This document shows positions 37,875-48,121 of a stretch of 64,000 bases of DNA, piece by piece. Both the position numbers and the translations under genes were made by a program. The notes under the pieces are model-generated. The model was not told the origin of the DNA, searched no databases, and was given only the letters and a program-made list of their open reading frames with translations. Positions within the stretch are counted from its first letter, which is position 1, and each line of letters begins with the position of its first letter. The DNA comes from Bifidobacteriaceae bacterium (GTDB lineage: Bacteria > Bacteroidota > Bacteroidia > Bacteroidales > Bacteroidaceae), in NCBI GenBank assembly GCA_963627025.1, contig CAVFZF010000004.1:3275-67274 (forward strand), read 5' to 3'.

Positions 37875-40772
37875 ATGAGCGTTAGATTAAGCAAAGCATT
37901 AAGAGAATTAAACATCGGCATGCAGACCGCCGTGGAGTTCCTTGAAAAGGAGTCTGGTCTGGGAGAGATAAAGGCAGATCTTAACTTCAAACTCAGCGAA
38001 GAGCAGTTTGGAGCACTCGTCTCACACTTCAAGGGCGATGCGGAAGTTCGTTCGCAGGCAGAGAAACTGTTCCCCAAAAAGCAGAAGGAGCAAAAGCCGA
38101 AGAAGCCGGAGACGGAGGTGAGAGGAGAGGCTTTGCTTGCGCAACCGGAAAAACAGCAATTCAAGCCGATAGGCAAGATTGACCTTGACGGTGGAGCAAA
38201 GAAACCTGCGGCAGAGCCTAAGGTGGAACCAGAGGCTGCTCCGAAGGCTGCACCTGTGGTGAAAGAGCCTAAGAAAGAGCCAGAGGTGAAGGTTGAAACT
38301 CCTGTGGCAAAACCTGTAGAGAAGGCCCCGGAACCGAAGGTTGAGGTCGTCAAGCCGGTGGAAAAGCCCGAACAGAAGAAACCTGTTGAGGTGGAAAAGA
38401 AACCGGAAGCACCAGTGCAGAAAGCCAAACCGGAAGAGAAACCGGTGGAGAAAGCCATGCCTAAGGCAGAAGCACCTGTAGAGGAGAAACCTGCGAAACC
38501 TGCTGTTGAGGGTGCGAAAGTGGAGATATTCCAGTTGCAGAGCGACCTTAATGTTGCCAACGCTCCTAAGATGACCGTTGTCGGAAAGATTGATCTTGAT
38601 GCCATAAACCAGAGTACTCGTCCTAAAAAGAAGACAAAGGAAGAGCGCAGAAAGGAGCGTGAGGACAAGACAACCGGCCGTAACGACGGTGGTGAGAAGA
38701 AGAAACGCGTCCGCATTGGCAGGGAGCGTGTCAATATAAACGATGCTGCCAACCAGACTCCGGCAAAGAGAAACAACAATGCCGGTGCCGGTAACCAGAA
38801 CCAACAGCAGGGCGGCAACAGGAAAAAGAACAAGAAGAAGGGAAATCAACGCTCGCTTGAGGTAGATGACGAGGCAGTAGCACGCCAGGTAAAGGAGACG
38901 CTTGCGCGACTCACCAACAAGCAGACGCAGAACAAGAAAGGCGCTAAATACCGCAAGGAGCGCCGTGATGCATTTGTGGAACAGCGCGAGGCGGAACTCG
39001 CAGCAGAGAATGCAGAGAGCAAGGTGCTCAAGTTGACGGAGTTTGTCACAGTTTCGGAACTTGCTACGATGATGAATGTAGGTGTCAACCAGGTTATCGG
39101 CACGCTCATGTCCATAGGTATCATGGTGTCTATCAACCAGCGTCTGGATGCGGAAACCATCAATATAGTGGCTGAGGAGTTCGGTTTCACGACCGAATAT
39201 GTAAGTGCCGAGGTGCAGAATGCCATCACCGAAGAGGCTGACGACGAGAATGACCTCACTTCACGCGCCCCGATTGTCACTGTCATGGGTCATGTCGACC
39301 ACGGAAAGACATCGCTTCTCGACTACATCCGCAAGACAAACGTCATTGCAGGAGAGGCCGGAGGCATCACCCAGCATATCGGTGCATACAACGTGAAGTT
39401 GGAAGACGGTCGCCGTATAACGTTCCTCGATACTCCCGGACACGAGGCTTTCACCGCCATGCGTGCCCGCGGAACACAGGTAACGGATATTGCAATCATC
39501 ATAATTGCAGCCGATGACTCTGTGATGCCTACCACCAAGGAGGCTATAGCCCATGCTCAGGCTGCCAATGTGCCTATGGTGTTTGCTATAAACAAGATTG
39601 ACAAGCCGGGTGCAAATCCCGATAAGATACGCGAAGACCTTGCCCAGATGAATCTCCTTGTAGAGGAGTGGGGCGGCAAATACCAGTGTCAGGAGATATC
39701 CGCAAAGAAGGGTATCGGCGTGAACGACCTGTTGGAAAAGGTTCTGCTGGAGGCTGAGATGCTCGACCTGAAAGCCAATCCCAACAGAAAAGCGACTGGT
39801 TCGGTCATCGAATCGTCACTTGACAAGGGTCGTGGCTATGTTTCCACCGTGCTGGTGTCCAACGGAACTCTGAAAGTCGGTGATGTCGTGGTGGCCGGAA
39901 CAAGTTATGGTAAGATAAAGGCCATGTTCAATGAGCGTAACCAGAAACTTGAGAAGGTCGGTCCGTCAGAGCCTGCTATCATTCTCGGACTTAACGGAGC
40001 ACCTCAGGCAGGAGACTCTTTCCATATCATGGAGACCGAACAGGAAGCGCGCGAAATCACCAACAAACGACTGCAACTGCAGCGTGAGCAGAGCCTCCGC
40101 ACCACAAAGACACTGTCGCTGGAGGAGATTGCCCACCGCATTGCACTCGGCGAGTTCCACGAACTCAACCTTATCGTCAAGGGAGACGTGCAGGGTTCAG
40201 TTGAGGCTTTGTCCGATTCGTTCATCAAACTCTCTACGGAGAAGATACAGGTGAACGTGATACAGAAGGCAGTGGGACAGATTTCGGAAAACGATGTCAT
40301 GCTTGCATCCACCGCAGAGAACGGAATGATTGTCGGCTTTAATGTCCGTCCGTCGTCCGCAGCGAAGAAACTGGCGGAGCATGAGGGCGTGGAAATCAAC
40401 ACCTACTCTGTCATCTATGATGCCATCGACGACATAAGGGCAGCCATGGAGGGTATGCTCGACAAGATAAAGAAGGAGGTTGCGACCGGTCAGGTGGAAG
40501 TCAAGGAAGTGTTCAAGATTTCCAAGGTCGGCACTGTTGCAGGTGCAATGGTCACCGAAGGCAAGGTTCACCGCTCCGACAAGGCTCGCCTGATACGCGA
40601 CGGAATCGTCATCTTCACCGGTGCAATCAATGCCCTGAAGCGTTACAAGGACGATGCCAAGGAAGTGGCTACCGGTCTCGAGTGCGGTATCTCACTTGTA
40701 AACTGCAATGACATACAGGTGGGCGACACCATAGAGACGTTCACCGAGATAGAGGTAGAGCAGAAACTGTAA
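37875..40772 (+). CDS. infB: Translation initiation factor IF-2
   Basis: [39 protein letters not shown]-terminal K/E/P-rich linker. Confidence 0.99.
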   Translation: MSVRLSKALRELNIGMQTAVEFLEKESGLGEIKADLNFKLSEEQFGALVSHFKGDAEVRSQAEKLFPKKQKEQKPKKPETEVRGEALLAQPEKQQFKPIGKIDLDGGAKKPAAEPKVEPEAAPKAAPVVKEPKKEPEVKVETPVAKPVEKAPEPKVEVVKPVEKPEQKKPVEVEKKPEAPVQKAKPEEKPVEKAMPKAEAPVEEKPAKPAVEGAKVEIFQLQSDLNVANAPKMTVVGKIDLDAINQSTRPKKKTKEERRKEREDKTTGRNDGGEKKKRVRIGRERVNINDAANQTPAKRNNNAGAGNQNQQQGGNRKKNKKKGNQRSLEVDDEAVARQVKETLARLTNKQTQNKKGAKYRKERRDAFVEQREAELAAENAESKVLKLTEFVTVSELATMMNVGVNQVIGTLMSIGIMVSINQRLDAETINIVAEEFGFTTEYVSAEVQNAITEEADDENDLTSRAPIVTVMGHVDHGKTSLLDYIRKTNVIAGEAGGITQHIGAYNVKLEDGRRITFLDTPGHEAFTAMRARGTQVTDIAIIIIAADDSVMPTTKEAIAHAQAANVPMVFAINKIDKPGANPDKIREDLAQMNLLVEEWGGKYQCQEISAKKGIGVNDLLEKVLLEAEMLDLKANPNRKATGSVIESSLDKGRGYVSTVLVSNGTLKVGDVVVAGTSYGKIKAMFNERNQKLEKVGPSEPAIILGLNGAPQAGDSFHIMETEQEAREITNKRLQLQREQSLRTTKTLSLEEIAHRIALGEFHELNLIVKGDVQGSVEALSDSFIKLSTEKIQVNVIQKAVGQISENDVMLASTAENGMIVGFNVRPSSAAKKLAEHEGVEINTYSVIYDAIDDIRAAMEGMLDKIKKEVATGQVEVKEVFKISKVGTVAGAMVTEGKVHRSDKARLIRDGIVIFTGAINALKRYKDDAKEVATGLECGISLVNCNDIQVGDTIETFTEIEVEQKL

Positions 40773-40783
40773 TCGTAATATGG

Positions 40784-40834
40784 AAGACAGACACCGTGCT
40801 TTGTTGTAGACAAAGTCGGTGCTTGTCTTTTTTT
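40784..40834 (+). terminator. Intrinsic terminator after infB
   Basis: AAGACAG-ACACCG-TG-CTTTGT loop ACAAAG-T-CGGTG-C-TTGTCTT followed by a T run. Confidence 0.7.
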
Positions 40835-40890
40835 GTTGTCGCAGACTGCCTGGATGGGCAGTCCCGAATTTCAGGATACATCTATAGAGA

Positions 40891-42339
40891 ATGTCTGAGA
40901 AAAACATATATGTGCGTCAGGTGGCAGACCGGCAATACGAATACGGCTTCACCACCGACATCCATACCGACATCATAGACAAGGGCCTTTCCGAGGATGT
41001 GGTGCGCCTTATCTCCCGGAAAAAGAACGAACCGGACTGGCTGTTGGACTTTCGGTTGAAAGCCTATCGCCACTGGCTCACCATGAAAGAACCGAAATGG
41101 GGTCATGTGCATGTGCCTGATATCGACTATCAGGCAATTTCCTATTATGCCGATCCTTTGGCAAAGAAAGACGGTCCGAAGACTGTGGACGAGATAGACC
41201 CGGAGTTGACAAAGACATTTGATAAACTTGGCATCCCCCTGGAGGAGCGTCTTGCCCTGAGCGGTACGGCTGTTGATGCCATTATGGACTCCGTTTCTGT
41301 GAAGACAACCTTCAAGGACAAGTTGGCGGAGAAGGGCATCATCTTCATGTCTATAGGCGAAGCGGTGCAGACACACCCCGACCTTGTGCGCCAGTACCTC
41401 GGTTCTGTCGTGCCATACCGTGACAACTTTTTTGCGGCACTCAACTCCGCAGTGTTCTCAGACGGCTCTTTCGTCTACATACCCAAAGGAGTGCGCTGTC
41501 CGATGGAACTCTCCAGTTATTTCAGAATCAACGCCAGGAACACCGGGCAGTTCGAACGCACGCTGATAATAGCCGACGATGACGCTTACGTTTCCTATCT
41601 TGAGGGTTGCACAGCCCCCATGCGTGACGAGAACCAACTCCATGCCGCCATTGTGGAAATCATTGTCATGAACCGTGCGGAGGTGAAATATTCCACCGTA
41701 CAGAACTGGTATCCCGGTGACAAAGAGGGTAAGGGAGGCGTGCTCAACCTCGTTACAAAGCGCGGTGACCTGCGCGGCGATGACTCCAAACTGTCGTGGA
41801 CACAGGTGGAGACCGGATCTGCCATAACATGGAAATACCCCTCGTGCGTGTTGCGTGGCGACCGTTCGCAGGCGGAGTTCTATTCCGTTGCCGTGACCAA
41901 CAACTATCAGGAGGCGGATACGGGCACCAAGATGATACACATGGGCAAGGACACGAAGTCCACAATCATATCAAAGGGCATCTCCGCAGGACATTCCCAG
42001 AATTCCTACCGTGGGCTTGTGCGTGCCACGTCCTCGGCTGACAATGCCCGGAACTACTCTTCGTGTGACTCCCTGCTGCTCGGCAGCACTTGCGGAGCGC
42101 ACACTTTCCCCTATATGGATGTGCATAATGACACGGCAGTGTTTGAACATGAGGCGACCACATCAAAGATTTCCGAAGACCAGTTGTTCTATTGCAACCA
42201 GCGTGGAATACCCACCGAACAGGCTGTAGGGCTAATTGTCAACGGCTATGCCAAGGATGTGCTCAATAAACTTCCCATGGAATTTGCAGTGGAAGCACAG
42301 AAACTGCTCAGTGTAAGTCTTGAAGGTACGGTCGGATAA
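40891..42339 (+). CDS. sufB: Fe-S cluster assembly protein SufB
   Basis: [54 protein letters not shown]. Confidence 0.98.
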   Translation: MSEKNIYVRQVADRQYEYGFTTDIHTDIIDKGLSEDVVRLISRKKNEPDWLLDFRLKAYRHWLTMKEPKWGHVHVPDIDYQAISYYADPLAKKDGPKTVDEIDPELTKTFDKLGIPLEERLALSGTAVDAIMDSVSVKTTFKDKLAEKGIIFMSIGEAVQTHPDLVRQYLGSVVPYRDNFFAALNSAVFSDGSFVYIPKGVRCPMELSSYFRINARNTGQFERTLIIADDDAYVSYLEGCTAPMRDENQLHAAIVEIIVMNRAEVKYSTVQNWYPGDKEGKGGVLNLVTKRGDLRGDDSKLSWTQVETGSAITWKYPSCVLRGDRSQAEFYSVAVTNNYQEADTGTKMIHMGKDTKSTIISKGISAGHSQNSYRGLVRATSSADNARNYSSCDSLLLGSTCGAHTFPYMDVHNDTAVFEHEATTSKISEDQLFYCNQRGIPTEQAVGLIVNGYAKDVLNKLPMEFAVEAQKLLSVSLEGTVG

Positions 42340-42349
42340 TACGGTTCTT

Positions 42350-44068
42350 ATGAAAAGAAAATTGTTCTCAGTTCTGTTGTTTTTTGTCTCCTTCGCTGCC
42401 GTGGCACAGGATTTTACCTTGGGAGCGGACATCAGTTGGATTACCGAACTGGAATCCAAGGGACAGAAATGGTATAATTGGAAAGGCGAGGAGCGTGAGT
42501 GTACAGCCCTGATGCAGGAGTTGGGGATGAATGCCGTGCGTCTTCGCGTGTGGGTAAACCCGGCAAAACACGACAACTGGTGCAACAAGGAGGATGTCCT
42601 TGCCAAGGCTCTGCGTGCGCGGAAACTCGGTATGGACATCATGATAGATTTCCACTACAGCGACTGGTGGTGCGATCCTGCCAAACAGAATATCCCCGAG
42701 GCGTGGGAGAACCACAGTTACAAACGGATGCTCCGTGACCTTAAAGACCATACGGTCGAGGTTCTCACATTTCTGAAAGACAATGGTGTGACGCCGAAAT
42801 GGGTGCAGGTGGGCAACGAGACCTCCAACGGTATGCTCTGGTCTGTGGAGAAAGACCCGGTGACAGGGTGGGAGAAAAAAGACGAGAACGGCAATACCAC
42901 CATAACGAAGAGTATGGGGCACTGGGAACGCAATCCCAAACAGTATGCCGGATTTATCCGTGCCGGCTACGATGCGGTGAAGTCCGTGTGCCCCGAAGCA
43001 CTGGTAATAGTGCATCTCGACAACGGTTTTGACAACGACCTCTACAACAAAAACCTCGATATAATAAAGGCTGGCGGCGGCAAGTGGGATGTCATAGGCA
43101 TGTCGCTGTATCCTTATTGGTCGATGCAGGCTGGCAAAGAGCCTACCGCCCAGCGTACAATAGTCGACTGCATACGTAACATCCGCAAGGTCTCTGCCAA
43201 GTACGGATGCGATGTGATGATAGTTGAGACTGGTTTTGAGGTGGACGAACAGAATCCGTGGAAGATGGTTCAGGGACGCGAACAGTTTGCCGAACTCATC
43301 CGCAGGGCGAAGAATGAGACCGGAGGAAAGTGCAAAGGGGTGTTCTATTGGGAGCCCGAGTGCCGTCCTTCACAGTACAAATTAGGCGCATTCACAGAGG
43401 ACGGACATCCCACGGACATCATGCGTGCCTTGGCAAACGGACAGAACTGTGCCGCCTATGACCGCAAACTGGTGAAGATAGAGACCTCCGACGGTGACAT
43501 CATAGTGGAACTCTACAACGAGACGCCGCGTCATCGTGACAACTTCCTGCACCTCGCCCAGAGCGGAGCATTGGAGAAGACTCTTTTCCATAGGGTAATA
43601 AAGGATTTCATGATACAGGGCGGTGACCCGACCTCAGCGTCCGCTCCACAGACCTCTTTGGACAGTCCTGCACCCGAACTCGGCAATGCCGACGTACCCA
43701 CAGCCGATGGAGAGAAGACCATACAGGCGGAAATCATTTACCCGAAAGCGTTCCATAAGCGTGGGGCACTTGCTTCCGCCCGCGAGGGAGACGATGTAAA
43801 TCCGGAGCGGAAGAGCAGTTCTTCGCAGTTCTATATCGTCTGGGGACGCTGTCCGACTACCGCTGGCAGGAATCCATATGTACCTCTCCTGCCTTATTAC
43901 AAAGATGATAACGAACCCGGTACGGCATGGCTCGACGGCGGCTACACCGTATTTGGTGAGGTCATAGAGGGACTTGATGTCGTGGAAAAGATACAGCAAG
44001 TGCCCACAGACAAGTTGGACCGTCCGCTGGATGATGTCCGTATACTGAAAATGACAGTCCTCAATTAA
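42350..44068 (+). CDS. Fusion of signal peptide, GH53 endo-beta-1,4-galactanase and cyclophilin-type peptidyl-prolyl isomerase
   Basis: Start ATG 42350; GH53 motifs GADISW, RLRVWVNP, DFHYSDWWCDP, VQVGNE, IVETG, FYWEPE; cyclophilin motifs IETSDGDI, FHRVIKDFMIQGGDP, HKRGALASAR, SQFYI, LDGGYTVFGEV; one continuous frame. Confidence 0.9.
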   Translation: MKRKLFSVLLFFVSFAAVAQDFTLGADISWITELESKGQKWYNWKGEERECTALMQELGMNAVRLRVWVNPAKHDNWCNKEDVLAKALRARKLGMDIMIDFHYSDWWCDPAKQNIPEAWENHSYKRMLRDLKDHTVEVLTFLKDNGVTPKWVQVGNETSNGMLWSVEKDPVTGWEKKDENGNTTITKSMGHWERNPKQYAGFIRAGYDAVKSVCPEALVIVHLDNGFDNDLYNKNLDIIKAGGGKWDVIGMSLYPYWSMQAGKEPTAQRTIVDCIRNIRKVSAKYGCDVMIVETGFEVDEQNPWKMVQGREQFAELIRRAKNETGGKCKGVFYWEPECRPSQYKLGAFTEDGHPTDIMRALANGQNCAAYDRKLVKIETSDGDIIVELYNETPRHRDNFLHLAQSGALEKTLFHRVIKDFMIQGGDPTSASAPQTSLDSPAPELGNADVPTADGEKTIQAEIIYPKAFHKRGALASAREGDDVNPERKSSSSQFYIVWGRCPTTAGRNPYVPLLPYYKDDNEPGTAWLDGGYTVFGEVIEGLDVVEKIQQVPTDKLDRPLDDVRILKMTVLN

Positions 44069-44088
44069 TATATAAATTGAAGAATAGT

Positions 44089-44841
44089 ATGTTGGAAATA
44101 AAGAATCTTCACGCCCGGATAGGCGATAAGGAAATACTGCGTGGCATCAACCTCACTATAAAAGACGGTGAGACCCACGCCATAATGGGACCCAACGGTT
44201 CAGGGAAATCCACTCTCAGTGCCGTCCTCGTTGGCAATCCCATGTATGAAGTGACAGCCGGTGAGGTGTGGTTCAATGGCAAGAACCTGCTCGGAATGAA
44301 ACCTGAAGACCGTGCGCACGAGGGATTGTTCCTCTCGTTTCAGTATCCTGTGGAAATCCCCGGGGTCTCAATGAACAGTTTCATGCGCACTGCCGTCAAC
44401 GAGAAACGCAAGTATCAGGGACTTGAACCGCTGAATGCGTCGGAGTTTATGAAACTCTCCCGTGAGAAGAGAAAGATTGTCGAACTTGACTCGAAACTGG
44501 CAAACCGTTCGGTAAACGAGGGCTTTTCCGGCGGAGAAAAGAAACGCAACGAGATATTCCAGATGGCTATGCTTGAGCCGAAACTGGCTATTCTCGACGA
44601 GACAGACTCGGGTCTGGATGTCGATGCCATGCGTATCGTGGCTGAAGGTGTCAACAAACTGATGTCTCCAGAGAAGTCTTGCATCGTCATTACCCACTAT
44701 GACCGTCTGCTGGAGATGATTCGCCCGCAGGTGGTACACGTCCTCTACAAGGGAAGAATAGTGAAAACGGCCGGTCCGGAACTCGCTGTCGAGATTCAGG
44801 AGCGCGGTTACGACTGGATAAAACAGGAAGTGGAGGAATAG
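44089..44841 (+). CDS. sufC: Fe-S cluster assembly ATPase SufC
   Basis: MLEIKNLHA; GPNGSGKST; FQYPVEIPGV; FSGGEKKRNEI; LDETDSGLD. Confidence 0.98.
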   Translation: MLEIKNLHARIGDKEILRGINLTIKDGETHAIMGPNGSGKSTLSAVLVGNPMYEVTAGEVWFNGKNLLGMKPEDRAHEGLFLSFQYPVEIPGVSMNSFMRTAVNEKRKYQGLEPLNASEFMKLSREKRKIVELDSKLANRSVNEGFSGGEKKRNEIFQMAMLEPKLAILDETDSGLDVDAMRIVAEGVNKLMSPEKSCIVITHYDRLLEMIRPQVVHVLYKGRIVKTAGPELAVEIQERGYDWIKQEVEE

Positions 44842-44844
44842 ACT

Positions 44845-46185
44845 GTGGGTGCAGAAAAGCAATACATAGACTTGTATGACTCTTGTCGCGAAATGATTTT
44901 CGGTCACTCGTCCGAAGTCATGAATGCGGAGAGAGACGGTGCCTGTGCTGCGTTCCGCAGGATAGGACTGCCCGACAGGAAAGAGGAACGGTTCAGATAT
45001 ACCAACCTGCAGGACGTGTTCGCACCCGATTACGGTGTGAACCTCAACCGTCTGGCGATACCTGTAGACCCCTATGAGGCGTTCCGTTGTGATGTTCCCA
45101 ATCTCAGCACATCGCTCTATTTCATGGTGAACGACACCTTCCGTTCGCAGTCATTGCCCAAGACACCGTTGCCAGAGGGTGTTGTCATCGGTTCCCTTGC
45201 CGATGTCTCGCGCAGCAATCCCGACCTTGTGGCACGCTATTACAACCGTCTGGCAGACAACAAGGATGCCGTCAGCGGTCTTAACACCATGTTTGCACAG
45301 GACGGACTGTTCGTCTATGTGCCGAGAAATGTCAGGGTGGAGCGTCCCGTTCAGGTGATAAACATTCTCCGTTCCGATGTAGACCTCATGGTAAACCGCC
45401 GTGTACTCATCGTCCTGGAGGAGAATGCGGAGATAAAACTCCTCTTTTGCGACCATGCCGCAGACGACAAGAACTTCCTCGCCACGCAGGTCACGGAGGC
45501 TTTTGTCGGCGACAATGCCTCGCTTGACCTATACTGTCTGGAGGAGACACATGCACAAAGCAGCCTTGTAAGCACCACTTTCATTGAACAGCAGCGCAAT
45601 TCCAGTGTCTGCCATAACTCCATAACACTGCACAATGGACTGACACGCAATCAACTGGATCTTGTGTTCAAGGGTGAGGGAGCGACGTGCGACTGCAACG
45701 GATGCGCCATTATCGACAAGACACAGCACGTTGACAACAACACACTCATCGTTCACTCTGCGAGCCATTGCGAAAGTCATGAACTCTACAAGTACGTTCT
45801 CAATGGCGAGGCTACAGGTGCTTTTGCCGGCAGGGTGCTCGTAGAAAAAGATGCCCAGAAGACTTCTTCGTCGATGACAAACCAGAACCTGGGCGCCACA
45901 AAGCAGGCACGCATGTACACACAGCCCATGCTTGAGATTTATGCCGATGATGTCAAGTGCTCCCACGGCAGTACGGTCGGACAACTCAACGACACGGCTC
46001 TCTTCTACATGAGGCAGCGCGGCATCCCTCTCGACGAGGCGAAGATGCTCCTGCAGTTTGCCTTTGTCAACGAAGTGATAGACAATATAAAACTCGAACC
46101 CCTGAAAGACAGGCTCCACTATCTGGTGGAACAGCGTTTCCGTGGACAACTCAACAAGTGCGAGGGCTGCCGGCTGTGCCGGTAG
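44845..46185 (+). CDS. sufD: Fe-S cluster assembly protein SufD
   Basis: GTG start; QPMLEIYADDVKCSHGSTVGQL; FYMRQRGI; follows sufC. Confidence 0.96.
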   Translation: MGAEKQYIDLYDSCREMIFGHSSEVMNAERDGACAAFRRIGLPDRKEERFRYTNLQDVFAPDYGVNLNRLAIPVDPYEAFRCDVPNLSTSLYFMVNDTFRSQSLPKTPLPEGVVIGSLADVSRSNPDLVARYYNRLADNKDAVSGLNTMFAQDGLFVYVPRNVRVERPVQVINILRSDVDLMVNRRVLIVLEENAEIKLLFCDHAADDKNFLATQVTEAFVGDNASLDLYCLEETHAQSSLVSTTFIEQQRNSSVCHNSITLHNGLTRNQLDLVFKGEGATCDCNGCAIIDKTQHVDNNTLIVHSASHCESHELYKYVLNGEATGAFAGRVLVEKDAQKTSSSMTNQNLGATKQARMYTQPMLEIYADDVKCSHGSTVGQLNDTALFYMRQRGIPLDEAKMLLQFAFVNEVIDNIKLEPLKDRLHYLVEQRFRGQLNKCEGCRLCR

Positions 46186-46218
46186 GAAGTCCCTTCACCG
46201 TTATAAGGAACAGACGAT

Positions 46219-47448
46219 ATGTATGATATAAATAAGGTACGCGAGGATTTTCCGATACTCAGCCGTGAGGTCTATGGCAAGCCTCTTGTCTATCTCGACA
46301 ATGCTGCCACCACGCAGAAACCCCTCTGTGTGCTTGACGCCATGCGTGACGAGTATCTCAATGTCAATGCCAATGTGCACCGCGGCGTACACTATCTGTC
46401 GCAGCAGGCCACCGAACTGCATGAGGCGGCACGCGAAACGGTGCGCCGTTTTATCAATGCCGGGTCAACGTCGGAGATTGTCTTTACGCGCGGAACGACT
46501 GAGGGGCTCAACCTTGTGGCGAGTTGCTTCGCCGACGCTTTTATGCATGAGGGCGACGAGGTGATAGTTTCCGTCATGGAACATCACTCCAACATCGTGC
46601 CGTGGCAGTTGCAGGCGCAGAAGAAAGGCATTGTTCTCAAGGTCATTCCCATGACCGATGACGGTGCGCTTGATATGGATGCCTACCGCCAACTCTTTTC
46701 TGAAAAGACGCGTATCGTCAGCGTTGCCCATGTGAGCAATGTGCTCGGCACGGTCAATCCCATAGAGGACATCATCAGTATAGCCCATTCCCACGATGTG
46801 CCAGTTATGGTTGACGGGGCTCAGAGTGTCCCTCATTTTGCCGTTGATGTGCAGAAACTGGACTGCGATTTCCTCGCTTTCTCTGGTCATAAGGTGTACG
46901 GGCCGACGGGCATAGGCGTACTCTACGGCAAGGAGAAATGGCTTGAGGCTATGCCTCCGTATATGGGCGGCGGCGAGATGATAGCCAGTGTGAGTTTCGA
47001 AAAAACCGTTTTCGAGCGTCCTCCGCTGAAGTTTGAGGCAGGCACTCCCGACTATGTGGCAACGCGTGGACTTGCCACAGCCCTCGACTATGTGTCTTCG
47101 CTCGGCATGGACAATATCTTCCGTCACGAACAGGAACTGGTCACATACGCTATGGAATGTATGCAGACAGTGCCGGGGATGCGCATCTTCGGCAGCGAAG
47201 AGCACCGTGATGCCGTCATAAGTTTCCTTGTCAGTTCATCGACAGGCGAGACTATCCATCACATGGATATGGGTACGTTGCTCGACAGACTCGGTATAGC
47301 GGTGCGCACAGGTCACCATTGCGCCCAGCCGCTTATGGACAGGTTGGGCGTGCTCGGTACTATCCGTGCCTCGTTTGCCCTCTATAACACTCATGAAGAG
47401 ATAGATGTGCTGGTTGAGGGCATAGAGCGTACACGGAAGATGTTCTGA
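46219..47448 (+). CDS. sufS: Cysteine desulfurase SufS
   Basis: YLDNAATTQKP; MEHHSNIVPWQ; FSGHK; RTGHHCAQP. Confidence 0.97.
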   Translation: MYDINKVREDFPILSREVYGKPLVYLDNAATTQKPLCVLDAMRDEYLNVNANVHRGVHYLSQQATELHEAARETVRRFINAGSTSEIVFTRGTTEGLNLVASCFADAFMHEGDEVIVSVMEHHSNIVPWQLQAQKKGIVLKVIPMTDDGALDMDAYRQLFSEKTRIVSVAHVSNVLGTVNPIEDIISIAHSHDVPVMVDGAQSVPHFAVDVQKLDCDFLAFSGHKVYGPTGIGVLYGKEKWLEAMPPYMGGGEMIASVSFEKTVFERPPLKFEAGTPDYVATRGLATALDYVSSLGMDNIFRHEQELVTYAMECMQTVPGMRIFGSEEHRDAVISFLVSSSTGETIHHMDMGTLLDRLGIAVRTGHHCAQPLMDRLGVLGTIRASFALYNTHEEIDVLVEGIERTRKMF

Positions 47449-47476
47449 AAAAGACCCGCAGAGACGACATTCCCTT

Positions 47477-48085
47477 ATGGCACTCGAACCGCATTTCTAC
47501 AAAGATCTCATAGAGGCTGGCTGCGACGAAGCCGGCAGAGGATGTCTCGCCGGCAGTGTCTATGCTGCTGCGGTCATCCTTCCTGCTGACTATGACAATG
47601 CCGAACTCAACGACTCAAAGCAACTCTCGCTGAAGCGCCGCCTCGCTCTCAGGGAGCAGATCATGCGTGATGCCGTGGCGTGGGCGGTAGGCGTGGTAAC
47701 CCCAGAGGAGATTGACAGGCTGAACATCCTGCGTTCGAGTTTTCTCGCCATGCACCGTGCGCTCGACCAACTTGCTGTCCGTCCTGAGGCAATAATCGTC
47801 GACGGCAACCGCTTTGTGCCTTATAATGACATCCCTTACACCACTATCGTCAAGGGCGACGGCAAGTATCAGGCGATAGCGGCGGCGAGCATACTCGCCA
47901 AGACCTGTCGTGACGACTACATGAACGCCCTTGCCGCGGAATATCCATACTATGACTGGGAACACAATGCTGGCTATCCGACGAAAAAACATCGTGAGGG
48001 CATACGCCAGCACGGCATCTCTCCCTATCACCGCAAGAGTTACAACTTGCTTGGAGATACCCAACTGGAACTTGACTTCAAATGA
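47477..48085 (+). CDS. rnhB: Ribonuclease HII
   Basis: GCDEAGRGCLAG; NDSK; IVKGDG..IAAASILAK; HRKSY. Confidence 0.97.
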   Translation: MALEPHFYKDLIEAGCDEAGRGCLAGSVYAAAVILPADYDNAELNDSKQLSLKRRLALREQIMRDAVAWAVGVVTPEEIDRLNILRSSFLAMHRALDQLAVRPEAIIVDGNRFVPYNDIPYTTIVKGDGKYQAIAAASILAKTCRDDYMNALAAEYPYYDWEHNAGYPTKKHREGIRQHGISPYHRKSYNLLGDTQLELDFK

Positions 48086-48111
48086 AAACGACGCCCGAAA
48101 GCGTCGTTTTT
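48085..48111. terminator. Bidirectional intrinsic terminator between convergent rnhB and glsB
   Basis: AAAACGACGC-CCGAAA-GCGTCGTTTTT. Confidence 0.85.
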
Positions 48112-48121
48112 GTTATCTGGA

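Noticed and set aside
38190..38520. Repetitive K/E/P/V-rich stretch in infB
   Set aside because: Normal low-complexity IF-2 N-terminal linker; not a DNA tandem repeat or array.
1236..44068. Secreted proteins start with Gln after the signal peptide, and genes lack Shine-Dalgarno sequences
   Set aside because: Both are known phylum-wide Bacteroidetes traits.
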